Origin: the human T2T-CHM13v2.0 reference genome, Homo sapiens | Length of the DNA: 64,000 bases | Direction: 5' to 3' (one strand) | Assembly: GCF_009914755.1 (NCBI RefSeq) | Contig: NC_060929.1 | In this document: piece after piece, positions 55,057 to 64,000 of the stretch | How the letters are laid out: each line of letters opens with the position of its first letter | Numbering within the stretch: position 1 is the first letter of the stretch | The notes under the pieces: generated by a model | What the model was told of the DNA's origin: nothing | Database searches by the model: none | The model's input: the letters and a program-made list of their open reading frames with translations, nothing else | Translations under genes and position numbers: made by a program

Positions 55057-56290
55057 AATAGCTGTACATACCTTTTTTTTCTTTTGGGGAACTTCTTTAG
55101 TTTTATCTGATTTGCTTCCCTGAATATAAACACATAGTCCTTTTTAATAGGAAGGTGTTATCTGAAGTTTCTATAGAAAAAATAGGCAATGAGTAACTCA
55201 CGTGAGGTGATTGTGGCTTAATGGAAGAAGCATTAGATTTGAAGTCAGTCCTGTATTATAATAAAAACCTAAGCCTGTCGCTTTGTTTGCTTGCAATATT
55301 AGGCAGGTGATTTCACTTAGTTCTAAGTTTACTCATAAGATAAGGATAATCTTATAGGGTTGTTTTGGCCCACACATAAACCAAAGTGTGCTGCACAAAG
55401 GTCTCTTGATCAGTTCATCCAGTCTATAGTCACTTTTTTCCTTGTCAGATTATCTTTTGGGAATGGTTTGATAGTAGAAGAGACCATTCCCAAAGTTAAT
55501 CCAGAATCAGGCCTCCCCACCTACCTGCCTCAGGTTAGCACAGCACAAACCCATCAGGCCCTATGAAGCAGATCTCCCAGGGAAGCACAAGAGGAAGTCC
55601 TCCATCCAAGCCCCGGGTTATCAGGGACAACCACAGGCTCTACGTTACCACCATTCACCTTAGTAACTAATGGGGAACTGGCCCTGCTGGGGAAGAACTA
55701 AGGCTAAGTCCAGAAGCTGCTCCATAGCCTTGTTAAGAAAATGTACTTTTTTTGTTTGTTTTCTCAATGATTCAAATCTTTTTGAGACAATTATGTCTGA
55801 CCCAAAATCTACATTCTGAGATAAGTGGAAAATCTCAAAGACTAAACTCTATTCCACCATATAGGCAGCTCTATGCCCATGCACGTAGACCTGTGCCAGC
55901 CACAATAGATGCTCAATCAAATCCCAAGGAAACCTAAAGGAGTTATTGCAATCAGCAGACTGTGATGGGTAACATGTTTCTGGACTGGGTATTTTCCAAT
56001 TGTTCCTTAAAATAGTAGTCCAGTCCTCAAAGAATTTCTTGTATTCATGATCATCTGTGCTCTGCCATTTAATATCTGCAATCACATTTTCTAAGGCAGT
56101 GACCTCAGGATGTGAGAAAGATGAGGAAAGAAAAGGAATTATGAGGGAAACCCTGTCTGAAATTACAGGATTCCTGATGTTTTTAAAACTTGGTCTATTC
56201 TCAGTCTTACCAAAGTCCCCTGACCCTGGTATAATCAAACATACCTTTGAGGAAAAAGCAAATGGAAACAACAGGGGATATTCAGATACA

Positions 56291-56296
56291 TTTATT
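56291..56296 (-). terminator. SPINK1: SPINK1 polyadenylation signal AATAAA (short 3' UTR ending near 56275-56280)
   Basis: Plus-strand tttatt about 60 nt past the stop codon, with T/GT-rich sequence downstream on the minus strand (tgttgtttccatttgcttttt). Confidence 0.9.
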
Positions 56297-56354
56297 CAAC
56301 AATAAGGCCAGTCAGGCCTCGCGGTGACCTGATGGGATTTCAAAACCTTGGTTC

Positions 56355-56400
56355 TCAGCAAGGCCCAGATTTTTGAATGAGGATAGAAGTCTGGCGTTTC
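56355..56400 (-). CDS. SPINK1: SPINK1 coding exon 4 (c.195-240), (R)KRQTSILIQKSGPC-stop
   Basis: tctctactgcag|GAAACGCCAGACTTCT...GGGCCTTGCTGA; exons total 55+32+107+46=240 nt = 79 aa plus stop. Confidence 0.99.
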
Positions 56401-57082
56401 CTGCAGTAGAGATTAAAAAAAATATATCAGCTTAAACTTCACTGATGAAAAAGTGACTATGGGAGAAAAACAGGGGGAAAAATAACAGCTTCATTTAAAG
56501 TTGGAGAGGTTTGAGATTTATAATCTTTTCTCTGTCTTTCATTCATTTATACATTCACTTAGTCATTAATTCATCAAATATTTATTGATTACTGTTGAAT
56601 ACACTAAGGATACAACAGAAAGGAAAAATATCTGTCCTTACAGTTTTTACAGATCTCGTGGGGTGTTACAGTGAACCCCTGAAATTAAACTCAAAACTAT
56701 TGTTGCATCTTTTGCTCCTGATGCCTCTGCCTTCGCCACCAGGTTTCCATCTCAGCTGATGCCTGAGCTATTGTTGGACCTTCTAATTGATTGACCTTTC
56801 ATCTTAGAGCTCTGGGGATTCGTATCTGTGAGGTCTCACAAAAGTAAATCACATATTTATTCCACATGATTCCTGCCAGTTCTAAACATCCTCCCCTCCA
56901 GATAAAACCTCTCTGTTCGCCCCACACTACCATTACCAAACTAGTTTTCTCTTCCCTAAACTAAATATCTCTAAATTTTATAATTGTTCCCTAGAAGACT
57001 GTTTCCAGGTCTTTAATTTTTCTAACCATTTTTTCTTTGAATGTACGGGCTTACAAAAATTCTTCTACTTCTCTATTACTGA

Positions 57083-57434
<352 letters not shown>

Positions 57435-57584
57435 AAACTCTTTAAGATTTTTTAATGCTTTCTTGTCCCACAATCATTAACTGCTCATTAATACTGATTT
57501 CCAAATCAGTTAGCATACATAAGCACACACACCTAAACAGAATAAACAAGAGTTGCTATGCTGTTCACTCTAGTTTCATATATT

Positions 57585-57772
57585 CACTATCCACATATAG
57601 CTATGTAAATGTAAATTAGTTTAGATAATATTAAATATTCAGCTGATCAGTTTTACTAGCCACATTTAAGTTAGTGTTAGCCACATTAAGGCTACTGTTT
57701 TGTGGCTAGTGGCTATGTATTAGACAGCATAAACATAGAACATTTCCATCATTATAGAAGGTTCTATTGGAG
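57585..57772. mobile_element. MER3/MER33-like hAT element in SPINK1 intron 3
   Basis: tagccacatt...gtggctagtggcta...atagaacatttccatcattatagaaggttctattgg. Confidence 0.7.
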
Positions 57773-58614
57773 ATGCAGGTTTATGGAAAAGAATTTGCCG
57801 GTACAGATTCCCTATGAAGACGTAGAAGGAATAGAAAAAGTGTTTATTGAATATATTTGCCAAGCACATAATCACCAAAAAGACTGATTTGCAAGCCCTT
57901 GTTTGGTATTATCTACTTGTCTCAAACTAGGGTCAGCGTCTGGCTTTAGTTACTAGGTAATAAGTTTGGGACTTTTAATCAACAGTGAAAAAGGCAATGT
58001 CATACATTAGGAAATATGTTGTATTTGAGAAAGCAACATTTTGTCTCTAGACCTAAATTTTCTTATCTGAGAAATATAGGAAGAGAGGTCATGTTTTCTA
58101 GCATACAAATGTGCCTCCCATATTTACATAGTTTTGAACAAATAGAAAGAATAAGCAGAAACTCGGAGGTTTCAGAGGCTAAGCAGATAGGGTGTTCCAG
58201 CCCTCTACTAATATTTTTCTAATGTTTCACTGTAAATGTTGAGCGGCACTTGGAAATTTCCCAAGTCTCAAAGCTGTTGTTCTCTTGCTTTCTCCTCCCA
58301 TTGGATGGAAATATGATGTTTGAGCTTAATGTCAAGAACATGGGTCATGAGAAAACTAACAGGTGGCTTCAAATTCTTTTTACAAGTCTTAATTATGGAA
58401 ACAGATTTATTACAAAGTAGAATACCTAATGTTTTGGGTCTAAAACTTCAGGATATTAGACCTCTCATCCAGAGGTCCTATTTCCACAATACTTGCTAAA
58501 CTCTGAGAATTTTCCAAAATGGTTTAAAACAGCCCAAGAAGAAGGTTTGCATTACAGAAAAGGGAATTTATGCAGTAGAATATAATGGAAATTTACACAG
58601 TCATTTGAGCCTGA

Positions 58615-59064
<450 letters not shown>

Positions 59065-59715
59065 TAATAAAAAATATGTATCTCTGCTTCACTCCTGTTG
59101 CACTTTATTTACACCTCATCTTCTGGCATTTGCCCCAAGTTATAAGAAGCCATCCTATACATGCTCATGATGTTTTCTTAGTCATAAGCACAAGTAAGAC
59201 AGGGAATATTAGCATGATGCTTGAGACATGCTAAGGTTTCAGTTGCTGAGTGAGATAGGAAATCTGTGTTGAATCTATTTCTCTGTATCACATCACCTAC
59301 TTATGGTCACTGAGGAAATGAAGCTTTACTGAAACTGGCTTTCATATCCATAAGTAAAAATATATTTTTGGTTATATAATCTATACAATTTATATTTGCA
59401 TAACTGAGGGCTTTAAAAAACACAATCATTGCAACCACTAATAATTTTTTTAATTAAAGGTATTTTGTGTGTACTTTATAAAAATCCAAGCTATCGACTA
59501 TTTTGCTGTAAAAAATATAGGCTTTTATCATACAAGTGACTTCTAAAAAATAATATTTAATGCTAAATATATAAAAGGGAGAATAAGAAAGAGATAACTG
59601 TTTTTGGAAAAAGTAAATAGTTTGCTTTTCTCGGGGTGAGATTCATATTATCAGTACACTTGAAGATAACTAACTTAAAATATATAGTTTAAAAGAAACT
59701 CAAGTTTGTACTCAC

Positions 59716-59822
59716 CGATTTTCAAAACATAACACGCATTCATTGGGATAAGTATTTCCATCAGTCCCACAGACAGGGTCATATATCTTGGTGCATCCAT
59801 TAAGTTCATTGTAACATTTGGC
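59716..59822 (-). CDS. SPINK1: SPINK1 coding exon 3 (c.88-194), Kazal domain [36 protein letters not shown] with reactive site K41-I42
   Basis: ccatttttag|GCCAAATGTTACAAT...GAAAATCG|gtgagt; 107 nt; Kazal motif C-x6-C-x7-CGTDGxTYxNxC-x2-C. Confidence 0.99.
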
Positions 59823-61292
59823 CTAAAAATGGAATTAAACAGAATCATTTCCCATTATTCTCCATTCTTGAGTTCATAGCAAAATCTCTGAAATGGTTTT
59901 ATTTCTCTGGGGAATAACTGTGATTGGGAGAATGATACTGTGTGTTGTAAGAGAAATAACCTACTATCTGGAGACAGAAAACCTTGTTTTAAGTCATGCC
60001 TCTGCTATTTCTAAGCTGTGTGACATTAGTAAGTCCTATGGCCCTTCTGAAACTCAGTCAGTTCATCTGCAAAACAGTGATGATATTACCATTTCCCACC
60101 TATCTCATAGTGTTGTTGTGAGATTTACATGGATGGGTGAGATAATGTTCAAGTTTGCAATTACTGCGGGTGCTGGCATCTCTCAGGTTGGCCACATCTT
60201 GGGGCACGTTCTTCCTTGTACACTGTAGTCCACACACACTGGTCTTCTATTAGGCACTTAAAGGCACTAGGCATTGTCGGGTGTTGGAAGTCTTTGCATT
60301 CTACTCCAGTAAGAGTTTATAATCATCAAATGATTGTCATTGTCCTAGACATTGTTCTAGTGCTTTTTATATATTATTCTGTTTAAACCTCCTAACTATC
60401 CTGTGAACTAAGTATTATATTCTTCTTCAGGTGAAGATAATGAGGCACAAAGCAATAAAATTAGCCAAGGCCACCCAGCTAAGGAATTCCTAAATTCAGA
60501 ATTCAAACCTAGTCAGAGTTCCTGAGCTTTAGCTCTTAAGTACTTTATTCTACTACATCTCCCCACCAGTTTTGTTTTACTAACACTCATTTTTTTTTTT
60601 TGGCTCAAAATAACCCCTCAGTTACTTCGGAGCACCCTCCCTGATTTTTCTAACTAGGCTAAGTTCCTAACGGCAGCAGAACTTTTTCATAACACTTATC
60701 ACAAATGTAATATTGCATTCATTCATGAACTTTTGGTCTATCAGCTGTCTCTGACTAGATATAAATGTACTGAGAACAGGGACACTTCTTCCTCTGGTCT
60801 CCAAATTTACTGAAATTACCTCTTAAACAAAAAAATATGAAAAGGTTAGAGTTAGAATATTTTTCTAGAAGGAGAACCTAGTTTATTATTTTCTGTCATT
60901 CATTATAAATTAGAGCCACACCTTGGTGATTGGGAGAGCTGCATGCCAACATGGTCAAACTGGCTGTAAGGAGGAAGGGCTACTTGGAGTGAAGTTGAGA
61001 AGGCTTCCACCCCAAATACTTGTCTACAGCTATCACTAGTCTATATAAAAACCCCTTCACAGCAAGCACTGTAGGACTATATGGAACTTGCTTATACATC
61101 AGTGAAATTGTCCTTCAATATACGCCTGTGGGTTGGAACTACTACTACCATTTGCATTTCTCACGTTAACCCTCCCTAGCATTCATACTCCTCTTAACTT
61201 CAGGCTAAACTGAAAGGTGACAGCAAGGCTGCATTTTTGTTGGATCAAACTGTTCCAGTCTGAGAAATAAGAAATTACAAATATCTCTTTAC

Positions 61293-61324
61293 CTCTCTTC
61301 CCAGGGAGTCAGCTCCAGTGTTAC
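61293..61324 (-). CDS. SPINK1: SPINK1 coding exon 2 (c.56-87), (G)NTGADSLGRE
   Basis: ttatttctag|GTAACACTGGAGCTGACTCCCTGGGAAGAGAG|gtaaag; 32 nt, in phase with exon 1. Confidence 0.99.
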
Positions 61325-63216
61325 CTAGAAATAAATCAGATATGGTAAGTTGGGTCCTAAATGAAAGAAGTCAGATCTATTCTTCATCAGAATTCTCTGC
61401 TTTCATTGCAGACTGTGACTTCTTTACTAGGCTCTTTCATTCCCCACCCTTTCTGATTTCTCTAATCTTCCAAAAGTATCTGACTGATTTTCCTGTACCC
61501 CTTCCTTGGCAAAACCTTAAAAAGTTTGAGTAAAACTTTGATTATGACCAAAGTATCTCGATTTGATGTTTTAGGAAGTTGATCTATTTCCTTGAAAACA
61601 GAAATTATGCACTTACTGCTGGAAATGAATCAGGCACTGAGCAAATTATCTTTTGAATACTCACAAACATTCTCAAAACCAGTTACTAGATCTTTAATCT
61701 CACAATTAGTGAAGTATAATTTTTATCTCAGTTTACAGATGAAAGTATGGAGAGTTTTTATAACTAGCTGTGAAACAGTTATCATAAGCAGTAACCAGGT
61801 CTTCTGATGCAAAGTTAGCTTTTTCAATTACATTTAAATTCCCTTTTGTAAGTATTGTTGAAAAAATAGAGTTCTTTTGCCAACTCACTATCAGTTCCCA
61901 AAGAGCTATTTCCAACAATTGCATCATATGGACTATGGGTCTAACTCACATTTGTTGAATTTACAGGTAGTCAAAATAGCTAATCTCTATTCCCCCAGAA
62001 AATAGCAGAGGTTTTGCTGACAACATATAGGAAATGATAACTGTGGATAAGTTCATGGAAGGGAAAGGGAACTAATATGATAGCAATCAAATAAGGAAAC
62101 ATTCCTGAAAATTAATTTTAATATCATCAATCTTTGAGGTGATCTGAGCAAAGAGGTAGTTCTTTGTATCTAAATGTAATGAAAATTAGTGAGGCATCTA
62201 TGAGCTTGGAGAATTTCCCCCGGGATAGTCAGAACTTGATGTTGTTGGGGGCCCACTGGCTTTTAGAATCTAGTTGAGTCTAAAAACTGAAGAGCAGGTG
62301 CTCATCACAGGCATCTATTTGTATTAATTAACATGCATGAGGAGGGGGAAAGGGAACACTGACTGTTGCCATAAATATTCAGCAAATAAAACAAACAATA
62401 TTCTTCCTCTTCTTAGCAAAGTGCTGATTTGGCTCTCCACAGGATCCTTCACTACATGAGAGGTGAAGTTGAAAATGTTAACCATTTCCAGTGATAAAAA
62501 GGAAACTGATCTTGGCTCTGCGGGTTCAGAGTTGTCTGTCAACATTGTCAAGATGCAGTTGGAGGTATATGTGCACCATCTATTCAAGCAGAATATTTTC
62601 TTTCAAAACATTCAAAATGTGTAATGTAAATACACAAAATGCAATTTTTGTATTTCCAGATACTAATAAGAAATACCAGGAATTGAAAATAAAAAATTCC
62701 CTTTATATCACATATATTAGCTATTCAGGGATAAATCTGACAAACTATACATGATTCAAGTACACTGAAACCTATACAATAAAAAAATAAATTTTTAATC
62801 AGTCAAATTATGCCTTTTATACTGAATAACTGGAAGCCATTTATCTATTTTATGCAATCCCATGAGAATTTAAAATTTGTAATTTGGCCTTACACATTTA
62901 CAGAATGAGAAGTATACTTAAAGTTAAAATATTTTTACCCTTTTTTCTCTACCATATCCCAACAAAGGGTCAGCCACATCAATAGAGGAAAACCATTTTA
63001 TTTCTGGGAATTTCTTACTAGTAGAATTGTTTTCCTTATAGTAGGTTAAAAATTCCTCTTAAAAAATAATTCTTACCTGTTGATTTTATTTCATCTCATT
63101 AGGTCCAAAACATCTCTCGAAGACTAGACTACATCAAAAGTCTAGAAGATAATGTGCTTCACAAAGCAACAGGTCAAAACAGTTTTATTTAAATTTGAAA
63201 AATATGCAACACTTAC

Positions 63217-63271
63217 CAGATAGACTCAACAGGGCCAAGGCACTGAGAAGAAAGATGCCTGTTACCTTCAT
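63217..63271 (-). CDS. SPINK1: SPINK1 coding exon 1 (c.1-55), signal peptide MKVTGIFLLSALALLSLS-G
   Basis: Minus strand reads ttcagccATGAAGGTAACAGGCATCTTTCTTCTCAGTGCCTTGGCCCTGTTGAGTCTATCTG|gtaagt; 55 nt with a canonical donor; translation matches the human SPINK1 N-terminus. Confidence 0.99.
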
Positions 63272-63530
63272 GGCTGAAGTTCTGCGTCCAGAGGTCAGTT
63301 GAAAACTGCACCGCACTTACCACGTCTCTTCAGAAGCCTGGGACTGGAAGGGTCATATGGCAGATGGCAGCAAGGCCCCACCTACTGGGCTATATCACAG
63401 ATCTCCCTGGTTATTGATTGACTCTGTGTCATAGCCTGGCCTCCAGGTTCTGGGAATGTCACCTGTGTAAGAAAGGTGAAAGGAGCCAGGTGGGCCTGAA
63501 ACATGCAAGGCAAAGATTCTGTCAGGAAAA
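63272..63530 (-). promoter_or_regulatory. SPINK1: SPINK1 5' UTR and proximal promoter with HNF1-like site (63410-63422) and PTF1-like E-box/TC-box element (~63339-63366)
   Basis: GTTATTGATTGAC resembles the HNF1 consensus GTTAATnATTAAC and spans c.-142 and c.-147; minus-strand CATCTGccatatgacccTTCCAGTCCCA gives E-boxes plus TC-like boxes. HNF1/PTF1 control of this promoter is recalled knowledge. Confidence 0.8.
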
Positions 63531-64000
63531 TAGTTCTAGTGGTTAGTTTGATCCCTAACTCCCTCTGTGGTTGTGGGAAAGTCATTCCCTTCTCAAGCCT
63601 GTTTTCTCACCTGTAAGATGAACTCAAAGATCCCTTCTACTCTGTAGTTCTGGATAGATGAGCAGGTATGGATAGCTACTAGAAAGAATTTTATTCCAAG
63701 TAGGGTAAAACCTCTCCATTCTTTTTTCCTTTCCTCCACTCTTCCTTTCTTATTCTTCTTTCTCTTTTCTCTATTTTTCCCTCACTCATTCACAAAACCT
63801 AAAGTAGCTGATGGAGTGGCAGATGAGAGGGAAAGAGAAAGCAAGAGAGAGAGAGGACTCAGTTCCCTAAAGCGTGTATTCTGGAGCTAGAGGGTGCTTG
63901 TTGGAGCCACTTTTGCTGTGCTTCTGTGTATTCATCTGGAAATTAAAATAATAATAACACCTAATTCAAAGGGTTACTCTTTCATCTGAGAATATGTGCT

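Noticed and set aside
54828-55058. Ser/Pro-rich 76-aa ORF
   Set aside because: Artefact of a stop-free CT-rich low-complexity tract.
55849-56271. 140-aa minus-strand ORF just past the SPINK1 poly(A) site
   Set aside because: Non-ATG start, no recognisable domain, and it lies beyond the cleavage site; likely chance.

Overview
This is AT-rich, repeat-dense human (primate) genomic DNA, not prokaryotic. Most ORFs in the supplied track are noise or come from Alu/L1 repeats. The window holds the complete four-coding-exon SPINK1 gene (pancreatic secretory trypsin inhibitor, Kazal type 1) on the minus strand at about 56280-63330. All its splice sites are canonical and it encodes the 79-aa reference precursor. 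About 42 kb to the left, at about 14150-14650, is a GC-rich promoter and first exon of another minus-strand gene. By synteny with SPINK1 at 5q32 this is most likely JAKMIP2, making 1-14147 intron 1. Between the two is a field of nested transposons: Tigger1 in Tigger2 in L1MC, an ERVL pol remnant split by MLT1 and Alus, THE1/MST/ERV1 LTRs, an L1PA 3' end, L2/MIR and Alus (13 copies in the whole window). I see no convincing new biological system. The best leads are (1) a compound CTG/CCG repeat read by an AUG-initiated uORF in the presumed JAKMIP2 5' UTR, (2) an RFX X-box plus CCAAT promoter module with a second X-box 6 kb away, (3) a diverged ~160-bp inverted duplication at 1.4-2.1 kb, (4) a CTCF-like motif just 3' of SPINK1, and (5) latent splice and PTF1-like signals at the SPINK1 5' end. 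Repeat boundaries and subfamily names are by eye and approximate.
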